Assembly: GCA_049591535.1 (NCBI GenBank)
Contig: JBAWFC010000076.1
Span: 44,929 to 108,928 of the forward strand
Direction of reading: 5' to 3'
DNA: 64,000 bases
Source: Thermoplasmata archaeon
GTDB lineage: Archaea > Thermoplasmatota > Thermoplasmata > Lutacidiplasmatales > UBA184
Below, piece after piece: positions 28,208-37,339 of the stretch (positions within the stretch are counted from its first letter, which is position 1; every line of letters starts with the position of its first letter). The notes beneath the pieces are model-generated. The model saw only the letters and a list, made by a program, of their open reading frames with translations, was not told where the DNA came from and did not search any database. Made by a program: the position numbers and the translations under genes.

Positions 28208-29317
28208 ATGCCGAAGGCGAGACCGAAGGAGCGACGGCGGGCTTCCACCCCTCGACGGGCACCGCCCTCGCTCGGAATCCTCGACACCGCGTTCCATCGC
28301 GCGTCGCTCGCGACCCCGCACGGGGACACGAAGCCCGAGCGGGACCGGTTGCGCGCGAAGCTGAAGGTCGTTCGCAGCGCGGCGACGATCGTCCGCCACC
28401 TTCGCATCGAAGCGCGCCGGTTCGCGAAGCCCGGACTTACCGAGTTCGAGCGGGCGCTCGTCGCGGGAGCGTTCGGCGACGAGACGCTCGACCGCGCGCT
28501 CTTGCGGCTCCGCCGGGCCGAGGAGCGGATCCGAGGCCTCGCGCGGGACGCCGAGCAGGGAGTCCGCCGGGCCTCCGGCTCGGAGGAGCTGGGGGACCAG
28601 ATCCGCGCCTACTACGGCCGCCTGTCGAGCTTCGTCCGCGAGGTCGACCCCGACATCGAACGCGTGCGAGAGATCACCGAGTTCCTCCGTGACCGACCGC
28701 ATCTCGACCCGTCCGCCCCGACCCTCGTCGTGGCCGGTTTCCCGAACGTTGGGAAGTCGTCTCTGGTCGCCCGTCTCTCGACCGCCCGACCGAAGGTGGC
28801 GGACTACCCGTTCACGACCCTCTCGATCGCCGTGGGCCACGCCGACCTCGGGTTCGACCGGCTCCAGGTCCTCGACACGCCGGGCGTCCTGGGCCGCGCC
28901 CACCGCGCGAACCTCGCCGAGGAGGAGGCGACGACCGCGGTCGGCCAGGCTGCCACGGTGGTGTTGTTCGTCATCGACCCCACGGGTTCCTCGGGGTACA
29001 CTCTCGAGGAGCAGGAAGCACTGCTCGGGCGGTGGCGGGAGGAGTATCCGACGCTCCCGATCGTCGATGTCGAGACGAAGTCCGACCTCGGACGCCGGGC
29101 GACCGAACGGCCTCGGGTATCGGCGACCACCGGCGAGGGAATCGAGGCGCTCTGGACGACGCTCCGGGGACACCTCCGCCCGCGGGGGGACCTCCCCCCG
29201 ATGGAGGAGGCGACCGTAGAATCGGGGCCGGAGGCCACCTCGTACGTCGAGGAGGATCCGCCCCGCGCAACCCGAAAGCGGGGCGGGGGGGTCCGGCAGG
29301 AACGCGGGCCGCGGTAA
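28208..29317 (+). CDS. NOG1-family GTP-binding protein (archaeal Nog1-like)
   Basis: G1 GFPNVGKSS, G3 DTPG, G4 TKSD. Start is either ATG 28208 or 28157. Confidence 0.75.
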   Translation: MPKARPKERRRASTPRRAPPSLGILDTAFHRASLATPHGDTKPERDRLRAKLKVVRSAATIVRHLRIEARRFAKPGLTEFERALVAGAFGDETLDRALLRLRRAEERIRGLARDAEQGVRRASGSEELGDQIRAYYGRLSSFVREVDPDIERVREITEFLRDRPHLDPSAPTLVVAGFPNVGKSSLVARLSTARPKVADYPFTTLSIAVGHADLGFDRLQVLDTPGVLGRAHRANLAEEEATTAVGQAATVVLFVIDPTGSSGYTLEEQEALLGRWREEYPTLPIVDVETKSDLGRRATERPRVSATTGEGIEALWTTLRGHLRPRGDLPPMEEATVESGPEATSYVEEDPPRATRKRGGGVRQERGPR

Positions 29318-29333
29318 CCGGTCCCGCCACTCG

Positions 29334-30566
29334 TCAGAGGGTGAACGGCTTGCCGTTCTCGGGCAACAGGACGTTCAGCGATGCCGGCAGCGCCTCCTTC
29401 AACGCCTCGCGGTGGTCCCCGTGCATCAGGACTACCGTCTGGGCCTGGCTCTCCTCGACGAGGCGGACGAGGTCGGAGTGACCGGCGTGGGCGGAGAAGT
29501 CGAACTTCTCGATCTCGCAGACCGGGTGGATCGTGGTCTCGTCGATCGTGAGGGTCCCTTCGTCCAGGAGCTGGCGTCCGTTGGAGCCGTCGACCTGGAA
29601 CCCCGTGAGGAAGATCGAGCTGTTCGCGTCGCGGTAGAGCTCGCCGATGTAGTACAGCACCGGGCCGCCGTCCAGCATTCCCCCCGTAGTGACGATCACG
29701 TCACCCTCGCGCAGGGCCTTCCGCCGGTCGCCCGGATGCTCGACCACATGGACCCCTTCGAGCGCACGACGGAACCGCCGGGAGTCGGCGAGGTACTCCG
29801 GGGCGCTCAGGTAGATCGAGTTGACCTTGCGGGCCATTCCGTCAAGGTACGTCTCGAACCCCGAGGCGGCGAGCGACATCAGGACCTCCTGCGCACGACC
29901 GACGGCGAACGCGGGGACAATGACCTTGCCGCCGCGTTCCACCGTCTCGGCGACCTTGTCCCGGAATCGACGCTCCGTCTCCTTCCGGTCGGGGTGTTCC
30001 TTCCCGGCGTAGGTCGACTCCATGACGAGGACGTCGCACTGGACGGGCTCCGCGCCGCTCACGAGGTGGGTCGGGATCGTCTGCAGGTCTCCGGTGAACA
30101 GGACGTCCTTCGCGCCCTTGTAGAGCATCATCGAGGCGCCGGGAATGTGCCCCGCCGGCGTCATCAGGACCTCGATGCCCTTGTGCCGGAACGTCTCATG
30201 CCGGTCCACCGCGGTGAATCGCGAATGCAGCGAATGGATGTCCTGGGCGGTGAACGGCGGCAGGTACCCCTCGATCCGCGCGATCTTGAGCGCGTCCTTC
30301 GTGAGCAGGTCGGCGACGGCGATCGTCACCGGGGTCGCCACGATCTTCGCTTTCGGGAGACGGCTGAGCAGCGGCGTCATCCCCGAATGGTCGAGATGGG
30401 CGTGGGAGAGGAACGCGACGTCGATGTTCATCGGGGCCGGACGGGGGTAGCTCGGAGGGTCGGTCGGCGTCATGCCGTAATCGAAGAGGAGGGTTCGCCC
30501 CTGGTCGCGAACGACCAGCCCGAGCGAACCGACTTCGGAGGCGCCCCCGAGAAACTGCAGTTCCAT
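29334..30566 (-). CDS. Beta-CASP ribonuclease of the metallo-beta-lactamase fold (aCPSF-like)
   Basis: ATG at 30566 (MELQFLGGASEVG). HxHxDH motif SHAHLDHSG. Beta-CASP C-terminal region. Confidence 0.8.
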   Translation of the reverse strand: MELQFLGGASEVGSLGLVVRDQGRTLLFDYGMTPTDPPSYPRPAPMNIDVAFLSHAHLDHSGMTPLLSRLPKAKIVATPVTIAVADLLTKDALKIARIEGYLPPFTAQDIHSLHSRFTAVDRHETFRHKGIEVLMTPAGHIPGASMMLYKGAKDVLFTGDLQTIPTHLVSGAEPVQCDVLVMESTYAGKEHPDRKETERRFRDKVAETVERGGKVIVPAFAVGRAQEVLMSLAASGFETYLDGMARKVNSIYLSAPEYLADSRRFRRALEGVHVVEHPGDRRKALREGDVIVTTGGMLDGGPVLYYIGELYRDANSSIFLTGFQVDGSNGRQLLDEGTLTIDETTIHPVCEIEKFDFSAHAGHSDLVRLVEESQAQTVVLMHGDHREALKEALPASLNVLLPENGKPFTL

Positions 30567-30713
30567 CGCCCGGCCGAGCGGTGTGCCCACATAACGTGTG
30601 CCTCGCCCGGGAGCCACCAGTAGCCGTCGGTCGACGGCTACGAGCACAAGAGGACGGCCGGTGAGCGGGGTCGGGGAAGAAGGGGTCATTAGCCCGACCC
30701 CCGTTCGTCCGGC

Positions 30714-31523
30714 GTGGCCGTGGGATCCTCGCCCGAGCTCGAGGTCCTGTACCGGGTCAGCGTAGCGGTGCACCGGGTGGTCCGAGACGCCCGAAGCTCT
30801 CCGCACCGCGCCGACGTCGTCGCGATGGGGGCGGACGGGACCCCGACGGAGGAGCTCGACCGGCTGGCCGAGTCGGAGATCCTGAAGGTCCTCGACGCCG
30901 AGGGCGTCGATTGGGACCTGGTCTCCGAGGAGATCGGTCACGTGCGCCGCGGCGGGACCCGTACGCTCGTCGTCGACCCGATTGACGGCAGCCACAACGC
31001 GCTCCGCAATCTGCCGTTCTTCACCGTCTCTCTTGCACTGGGGGCGCGGGACCTCTCAGGGATCGACGTCGGTCTCGTCCGCGACCTCCATCACGGGACC
31101 ACGTGGTGGGCCGTCCGCGGGGGCGGGGCGTTCCGGGACGGCCGGCCGGTCCGCACGCGCCCATGGAACTCGAAGACCGAGACGCTGTTCGTCAACCTCG
31201 GGCGGAACGCGACGGAGCGCTCCGTGCGCCTGGCCGGTACGGGTCGCCGCGTCCGCTCGCTTGGCTGCGCCACCCTCGAAATGCTCGCGGTCGCGGAAGG
31301 GAGCGCCGACGGCTACTTCTTCGAGAACGCTGCGGAGAAGGCCAACCTTCGGGCCACCGACATCGCCGCCGCGTACCGGATCCTGCTCGAGGCCGGCGGC
31401 GGGTTCTCCGATGCCCGGGGCGAGCCGGTGGAGACGTTCCCCCTCCAGCTCGAACGGCGGACGAGCGTCTTCGCCTGGGGGGACGTCGCGTTCCGCACGG
31501 CCGCGCAGGAGGGATATCTCTGA
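30714..31523 (+). CDS. suhB: Inositol monophosphatase/fructose-1,6-bisphosphatase family protein
   Basis: Motifs DPIDGS and WAVRGGGAF. Confidence 0.8.
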   Translation: MAVGSSPELEVLYRVSVAVHRVVRDARSSPHRADVVAMGADGTPTEELDRLAESEILKVLDAEGVDWDLVSEEIGHVRRGGTRTLVVDPIDGSHNALRNLPFFTVSLALGARDLSGIDVGLVRDLHHGTTWWAVRGGGAFRDGRPVRTRPWNSKTETLFVNLGRNATERSVRLAGTGRRVRSLGCATLEMLAVAEGSADGYFFENAAEKANLRATDIAAAYRILLEAGGGFSDARGEPVETFPLQLERRTSVFAWGDVAFRTAAQEGYL

Positions 31524-31534
31524 AGATCGGCGTG

Positions 31535-32398
31535 ATGGCCCACCCGGAGAAGCCGAAGGCCGTCGACCTCGCCGCCGAGCTGATCCGGATCGTTGGGGAC
31601 CGGGCCGAGGTCGTGCTGAGCGACGAGGTCGCGCGGGTGGACCCGTCCCGGCCGCACGCGCCGCTCGAGGAGCTCGCGCCCGACGTGCTGGTCGCGATCG
31701 GCGGTGACGGGACGTTCCTTCACGCCCTGCGTCGCTCGCCCGCGCCGCTCCTCCCGATCAACGCGGGCACCGTGGGCGTACTGGCCGAGGTCCAGACCCG
31801 TCACGCGAAGGAGTTCGACTGGGCCATCGAGCGGTTGCTCCGGGGGTTCTACTTCCTCGAGGAGCGGATGAAGCTCGCGGCCCAGATCGGCGCCCGACCC
31901 CTGCCCGACGCGACCAACGAGTTCGTCATCCATTCGGCCGCGGTCGCGAAGATGGGCCTGTTCGAGATCGCGTTCGACGGGCACGTCGCCGGCCGGCTGC
32001 GGGCGGATGGCCTGATCGTGGCGAGCCCGACCGGCTCGACCGCGTACTCGCTCAGCTCGCGCGGGCCCATCGTCGACAGCTCGATCGACGCCCTCATCCT
32101 CTCCTCGATCGCCCCGTTCCGTACGGACCCGCGCGCGCTGGTCCTCGAACCGATGCGTACGATCCGCCTGAGACCGGTCGAGGAGTCGCCGGGGGCGGTC
32201 GTCGTCGCGGACGGGGAGGCAGAGTACCGGATCTCTCCGGCGACGCCCGTCACCATCTATCGTTCGCCCCGGCGTGCGGTCCTCGTCCGTTTCGGTTCGG
32301 GGTTCTTCGAGCGACTCCGGGGGAAGAGGATCCTTCCGTGGTCGGAGGAGTACGCCGAGGAGGGCCCCGCGGTTGCCGATCTTCCGCCCGCAGCGTAG
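31535..32398 (+). CDS. nadK: NAD(+) kinase
   Basis: Motifs GGDGT, NxGxxGFL-like, and a C-terminal ASPTGSTAYSLS. Start ATG 31535 (GTG 31532 also possible). The IMPase stop overlaps the region. Confidence 0.85.
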   Translation: MAHPEKPKAVDLAAELIRIVGDRAEVVLSDEVARVDPSRPHAPLEELAPDVLVAIGGDGTFLHALRRSPAPLLPINAGTVGVLAEVQTRHAKEFDWAIERLLRGFYFLEERMKLAAQIGARPLPDATNEFVIHSAAVAKMGLFEIAFDGHVAGRLRADGLIVASPTGSTAYSLSSRGPIVDSSIDALILSSIAPFRTDPRALVLEPMRTIRLRPVEESPGAVVVADGEAEYRISPATPVTIYRSPRRAVLVRFGSGFFERLRGKRILPWSEEYAEEGPAVADLPPAA

Positions 32399-32897
32399 GA
32401 GGGCCCCGGGGGGTCCGCGCCTCGGGGACACGCCCACCGCGATCACGCGCCGAGCGCTCGAGACCGCGCTCGCGAGCGCGCGGTCGGCCTACCCCAACGA
32501 GTTCGGCGGGGTCCTGCGCGCCGATCCCCCCGGGGTGATCAGCGAGCTGCTGCTCCTTCCGGGAACGACCGCCGGACGACGCCACGCGAACTTCCAGCTC
32601 TGGATGCTCCACGCCGACCTTTCCGTCTCGGGGACGGTCCACTCCCATCCGTCGGGGGCGTTGCACCCGTCCGACGCCGACCTCCGACTCTTCCGGAGTT
32701 GGGGGCGCCGCCACCTGATCCTGGGAGCGCCCTACGGCCAGGGCTCCTGGCGGGCGTACGACGGCAACGGACGCGAGACGACCCTGCGCGTAGTCGAGAC
32801 GCCGTCGAGCGCGTTCGACCCGACGCCGACCCCCTACCGCGGGCCGGCCGCGCTCCCGTCCGCCGCCGACGAAGAGTTTCCCGACGACGAGGCGTGA
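32373..32897 (+). CDS. JAMM/MPN+ metalloprotease (Mov34 family)
   Basis: JAMM motif E-x(n)-HSHPSGALHPSDAD. Start uncertain: a TTG at 32373 overlaps the nadK 3' end, and there is no start codon after the nadK stop. Confidence 0.7.
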   Translation: MPIFRPQRRRAPGGPRLGDTPTAITRRALETALASARSAYPNEFGGVLRADPPGVISELLLLPGTTAGRRHANFQLWMLHADLSVSGTVHSHPSGALHPSDADLRLFRSWGRRHLILGAPYGQGSWRAYDGNGRETTLRVVETPSSAFDPTPTPYRGPAALPSAADEEFPDDEA

Positions 32898-32907
32898 GCC
32901 GTCGCGA

Positions 32908-34500
32908 CTATTCCCGCACCGGGATCGTGGGCATCGGCAGGCGGTCCGGGTAGCGGTTCGGGTCCCCAATCTCGCGTCCGCCGCGCACGGAGGGGCTGTA
33001 GAGCCCGTTCAGCTTCGCGAGGCCCTCGAGGAAGTTGATGAACCCGAGGAAACCCGCCCGGTAGAGCCGGGTGTGGTTGCCCTCCCAGTCGAAGAAGTCG
33101 TTGAGCAGACCCCGCGACTGGCGGAGTCCGTGGGTCAGCGCTCGCTTGAGCAGTTCCTCCTGGAGCGGAGACAGCCGGTCGCGGCTGAACCAGTCTCGGG
33201 ACTTGAGGTGCCCGAGGGGCACGAAGAACATCGGGACGAGGATCGCCTTGAAGTCCCACAGGTCGTCGATCAGATCGATCGTCTTCGCGACGTCGTCCTC
33301 GGTCTCCTGCGGAAGCCCGACGATGAACGTGCACGCCGGATAGACCTTGTTGTCGTTCATCAGGCCCGCGGCCTGGATCACCAGCTCGGGCCACTGAGAG
33401 GCCTTGAACGGCGCGACCTTCCCGGGCATCGCGGCGGTGATCATCCGCGGCGAACCGGTCTCGACTCCGACCTCGACTCCCCACCAGTCCTGCTTTTCGT
33501 CCAGGAGGACCTCACCGCACTTCTGCAGGAGTTTCGGTTTCGTCATGAGCGAGGCGATGGCCACGTGGCTCCAGCCGACCTGCTCGTAGTACCGCTTCGC
33601 GAGCTTGAGGAGCGGGATCAGCTTCTCCTCGTGCGGCATCACGTTCGGGCTTCCGTAGAAGAAGACGTCATCCGAGTGAAGGAGGCCCTTGCGGACCCCG
33701 ATCTTCGCGTTGACGCGGAGCTCCTCTTCGATCTTTTCGAGGGGGTACCAGCGTGTCGGTCGCGTCGTGACCGAGCAGAACGAGCAGCCGCGGCAGCAGC
33801 CCCGCCCGATCTCGATGAGTCCGTTGACGCTCGGGAAACGGATCGAGGAGATCTGCTCGACCTTGGGCGCCTCTTTCGCGCCGAGCACCACATGGGGCGG
33901 CAGGAACTCGTCGGCCAGCGCCTTCCGCACGATGTCCCGGACGAAGAGGTCGGCCTCTCCCTCGACCACCGAGTCAATGCCCCCGATCGAGTCGACGAAC
34001 TCCTGGATCCAGGGAAGCTTCATCCGGGTCGCCGGAGAGAGCTGCCAGGCGCACGGGCCGCCGGCGATGATCTTCATGCCCTGCTTCCGGGCCTCGACGA
34101 CCGCGGGCTGGCTCAGCATTCGTTTGAAGTTGACCGAGTTGAGCGGTTCCTTGTGCATGACCCCGCCGAACGTCGAGCTCGGAGGGTTCAGGCCGAAGTA
34201 GTCGTGGCCCGAGATCAGAAGGACCTTCGCCTGGCCCGGCATGTACTTCCCAAGGTGGCTCGGGTGGACGATCCGCGCGTCGAACCCCGCGTCCATCAGG
34301 GACGCCTCGACCTTGCGCATCCCGTACGGCGCCTGCTGGGGGAACCCGTTCTCGTCGCACTCCATGGCGGGGTAGAACATCTTGGCGTAGACCCGCTCCG
34401 GGAGAATGTAGGCCGGGGTCGTCGTACCGAACCCCAGGAATTCCTTCCCGTGGTGGTTGCTCATCATCGTCCAGTCGCAGGTGATCACTACTTCGGGCAT
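32908..34500 (-). CDS. B12-binding domain radical SAM protein (class B-like)
   Basis: ATG at 34500. N-terminal Rossmann-like B12-binding region. CxxxCxxC (CCRGCSFC) radical SAM cluster motif. 530 aa. Confidence 0.85.
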   Translation of the reverse strand: MPEVVITCDWTMMSNHHGKEFLGFGTTTPAYILPERVYAKMFYPAMECDENGFPQQAPYGMRKVEASLMDAGFDARIVHPSHLGKYMPGQAKVLLISGHDYFGLNPPSSTFGGVMHKEPLNSVNFKRMLSQPAVVEARKQGMKIIAGGPCAWQLSPATRMKLPWIQEFVDSIGGIDSVVEGEADLFVRDIVRKALADEFLPPHVVLGAKEAPKVEQISSIRFPSVNGLIEIGRGCCRGCSFCSVTTRPTRWYPLEKIEEELRVNAKIGVRKGLLHSDDVFFYGSPNVMPHEEKLIPLLKLAKRYYEQVGWSHVAIASLMTKPKLLQKCGEVLLDEKQDWWGVEVGVETGSPRMITAAMPGKVAPFKASQWPELVIQAAGLMNDNKVYPACTFIVGLPQETEDDVAKTIDLIDDLWDFKAILVPMFFVPLGHLKSRDWFSRDRLSPLQEELLKRALTHGLRQSRGLLNDFFDWEGNHTRLYRAGFLGFINFLEGLAKLNGLYSPSVRGGREIGDPNRYPDRLPMPTIPVRE

Positions 34501-34620
34501 GGAGTGTCCCTCTACGGTAGCCTCGATGGCTGTGCCGAGCACTCTGCCCGGCTTCTTATGCGTTGCGAAGCCGCGGGCGCGACAACCCCGGGCCTCTACG
34601 GTCCCCCGGCGGGGTGGTCG

Positions 34621-34881
34621 TCACTCGAAGTCGGTCTCGTCGTCGTCTCGGGGGAGTACCCCGTCGAGGGAGTCGCCCATCTCCTCGTTCGACTCCCCGC
34701 CGTCCGTGGATTCCCGAAATGCCGGGTCTCGTTGGAGCAAGTGGATCCGCACGCAGTCCCGGTGGGCGGGACTTCCGTTCCACGCGCTCGTCTCTTCCGG
34801 GAGACCGAGGGGTTCCTTGCAGAGCGTGCAAATCTCGGGAGGCGGGCTGATCCAGGAAATGCGCCGGGCCGGGGCGTCCAT
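34621..34881 (-). CDS. Hypothetical small acidic protein with a C-x2-C...H-x2-C putative zinc-binding motif (86 aa)
   Basis: ATG at 34881. EICTLCKEPLG...SPAHRDC. Highly acidic C-terminal tail. Sits 120 nt upstream of the rSAM gene on the same strand. Confidence 0.45.
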   Translation of the reverse strand: MDAPARRISWISPPPEICTLCKEPLGLPEETSAWNGSPAHRDCVRIHLLQRDPAFRESTDGGESNEEMGDSLDGVLPRDDDETDFE

Positions 34882-34997
34882 GGCACTCGTACCCCCGAAC
34901 GCGTGCCGGGTCCTTTACCTTTCGGGCGCCGAAGGGCGCAGCCGGTGCCGTCGCCCCAAGCGAAATAACCCGGGCCGCCCGTCGCGGTCGACCCGAG

Positions 34998-35576
34998 ATG
35001 GACCACCTGGCGGAGATCCGCAAACGCCGTCTGGCGCTGGGGATATCGCTCGGGGAGCTGGCACGGGCGGTGGGTCGGAGCGACGCCACGCTCTCCCGCA
35101 TCGAACGGGGGCGGATCCGGCCGTCGTACGAGCTCGTCCAGCGGATCCTCTCTCACCTCGAAGCCCAGGAGGGGTTCGCGGCACCGCGGCTCACGGTCGG
35201 CGACGTGATGAACCGGTCGCTCGTCACGATCGAGTCCTCCGCCTTCTTGGCGACCGCCGCACAGCGCCTCGAGGGCGGGGCGTTCTCCCAGCTGCCGGTC
35301 GTAGACACGGGGAAGGTCGTCGGATCCCTCTCCGAGTCCGCGCTGTTGCGGGCGCTCGGCCAATCCAACTCCCGACGGGTCCGCGTGCGGGACGTGCTCG
35401 AGCCGGCGTACCCGGTCGTCGACGAGGGGTTCCCCGCGGACCTCCTCCCCGGAGTGCTCGGCCGGTATCCGGCGGTCCTGGTCGCGAAGAAGGGCGAGCT
35501 CCAGGGGATCGTCACGAAAGCCGACCTGATCCGGGGCCTCCGAGGAACAGCCCTGCGGCGAACGACCGGCGGCTAG
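34998..35576 (+). CDS. XRE-type HTH transcriptional regulator fused to a CBS domain pair
   Basis: N-terminal ISLGELARAVGRSDATLSRIERG HTH. Two CBS-like segments. Confidence 0.75.
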   Translation: MDHLAEIRKRRLALGISLGELARAVGRSDATLSRIERGRIRPSYELVQRILSHLEAQEGFAAPRLTVGDVMNRSLVTIESSAFLATAAQRLEGGAFSQLPVVDTGKVVGSLSESALLRALGQSNSRRVRVRDVLEPAYPVVDEGFPADLLPGVLGRYPAVLVAKKGELQGIVTKADLIRGLRGTALRRTTGG

Positions 35577-35578
35577 CC

Positions 35579-36535
35579 TCACCGGGCGCGGTTGCCGACC
35601 CGGACCGCTCGAAGGACCGCCTGGACGGCGAGCGCCGAAGCACGGAGGCCCAGACGGTCGGCGAGCTCCCCCGGCCGCGTCTCCGCGCGGCGCCCGGTGG
35701 TGCGGCCGGTTGCAGCGGCGAACAGCACATCGCCGTCGGTCGAACCGTGGAACGGACGGATCGCGGAGGAAAGGCCGGCGTGGGCCATCGAGCCGATCCG
35801 GGAGAGAGTGGGCCGGTCGACCGAAAGGTCGGTGACCACGATGGCGAGGGTCGTCCCCGTCGTCCGATCCCTGCCCGACCGCGGAGCGTCCGGCGAGGTG
35901 ATGCCACCCCGGGCGCCGCGGGCGCCGGCGGTCCATATTCCGGTCGCCGGGTCGCGGACGGCACCGACGGCATTCACGACCACGAGGACGCCGAGGTGAC
36001 CGATCCCGCGTTCCCCTGCGGCCGCCGAGCCGACGCCTCCCCTCATCGCGAATGCGCGCCCCCGGTACTTCCCGACCGTCGCGCCGGCCCCGGCACCGAC
36101 CCTCCCGAACGCGACCGGCGCGCGGCTCGCACGACGGGCGGCTTCGTAGCCGAGCGGTAGATAGTCCGGCACCGAGCCCGCCTCCGTCGGGAGGTCGAAC
36201 AGGGCCGCCCCCGAGATCTGAACGACGGGATTCGGGTTCTGGAACGCCCGCTGGCCACCGCCGGTTTCCAGGATCCGCGTGCGGATTCCACGGGCGGCGT
36301 CGAGGCCGTAGAGGCTGCCACCCGAGAAGAAGACGGCCCATCGACGGCCGAACGTCGCATCGAGGGCGAGCGAGGCGGTGTCGTACGATGCCGATGCGCC
36401 GCCGCGCACATCTACCACGGTCGGCGCCGGTGCGTCGAACAGGACGGCGGTGACACCGCTCGATCCGTCCGGGGTCTCCACTTGGCCCACCCGGAGCCCG
36501 CGCACCGCGGTCAGTGTATCGTTCGAGCGGGCCAT
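35579..36535 (-). CDS. P1/S58 family peptidase (DmpA/L-aminopeptidase-like)
   Basis: ATG at 36535 (MARSNDTL...). Motifs GxxTAVLFD..., ATT...TNAVG typical of DmpA/OAT. Confidence 0.75.
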   Translation of the reverse strand: MARSNDTLTAVRGLRVGQVETPDGSSGVTAVLFDAPAPTVVDVRGGASASYDTASLALDATFGRRWAVFFSGGSLYGLDAARGIRTRILETGGGQRAFQNPNPVVQISGAALFDLPTEAGSVPDYLPLGYEAARRASRAPVAFGRVGAGAGATVGKYRGRAFAMRGGVGSAAAGERGIGHLGVLVVVNAVGAVRDPATGIWTAGARGARGGITSPDAPRSGRDRTTGTTLAIVVTDLSVDRPTLSRIGSMAHAGLSSAIRPFHGSTDGDVLFAAATGRTTGRRAETRPGELADRLGLRASALAVQAVLRAVRVGNRAR

Positions 36536-36630
36536 GGGGGAGCGAGGACGCTCTCGGGAAAAGCGATGGCGGTCGGCCGCCGCGCGGGGCGGCGCCGACC
36601 TTATCTGTCGGGTGTTCTCGGCGGGGAACG

Positions 36631-37212
36631 ATGCCCCGAGCTTCCAAGAAATCCGCCGTGGACCGGGACGGTCCGAGCGGATTCCGCGTGCAACGCGACA
36701 TCCCGGTCGGTCGTCATCCGCTGCTCGCGGTGTTCCCGGAACTGGACCGGCTGGAGCCGGCGAAACGGCTCGAGCCCGATGCGAGCCGGCGCACGCGACT
36801 GTTCGAGGACACATGCATCGAGGTCGTGGACGCGGACATGTGGATGTACGTCGCACCCCGTTCCGTCCCTCCCTCGTTCCGCGGACGGTGGAAGCCGGTG
36901 GTCTCCCCGAACTCGGACTGCATCGTGGTCGGGAAGGGGCACCTCTCGGAGAGCCCGGCACTGATGTTGTTCATGGACATCTACCACGAGCTCTGTCACA
37001 TTCGACAGCGTCAGGGAGGGGCGAACCTCTGGGAGCCGGGCGTAAGCTACGTGAAGCGGTGGACCGAGGTCGAGGCGTACCGGTTCGTCGTGAAGGAGGC
37101 GCGCACCCTGGGGGTTTCGGATTCGTTCCTGCGCGAATACCTCAAGGTCGAGTGGATCTCCGCGGAGGAGCACCGCGAGCTCCTGGACGAGCTCAAGGTC
37201 CCGCCCCCGTAG
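36631..37212 (+). CDS. Hypothetical protein with an HExxH zincin-like motif
   Basis: ATG at 36631. YHELCH followed by the distal Glu region EVEAYRF. Confidence 0.5.
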   Translation: MPRASKKSAVDRDGPSGFRVQRDIPVGRHPLLAVFPELDRLEPAKRLEPDASRRTRLFEDTCIEVVDADMWMYVAPRSVPPSFRGRWKPVVSPNSDCIVVGKGHLSESPALMLFMDIYHELCHIRQRQGGANLWEPGVSYVKRWTEVEAYRFVVKEARTLGVSDSFLREYLKVEWISAEEHRELLDELKVPPP

Positions 37213-37339
37213 TGGTTCCGTCGCGCGGCGCGACGCGCCCCCCCACGCATTCCTCTCTCGAAGACTTCCCCACGAACACCGTCTTTATCGTCCGACCCCC
37301 CGAATCTTCCCCCCGCTCCGGGGGATTCGCCGCTCGACC

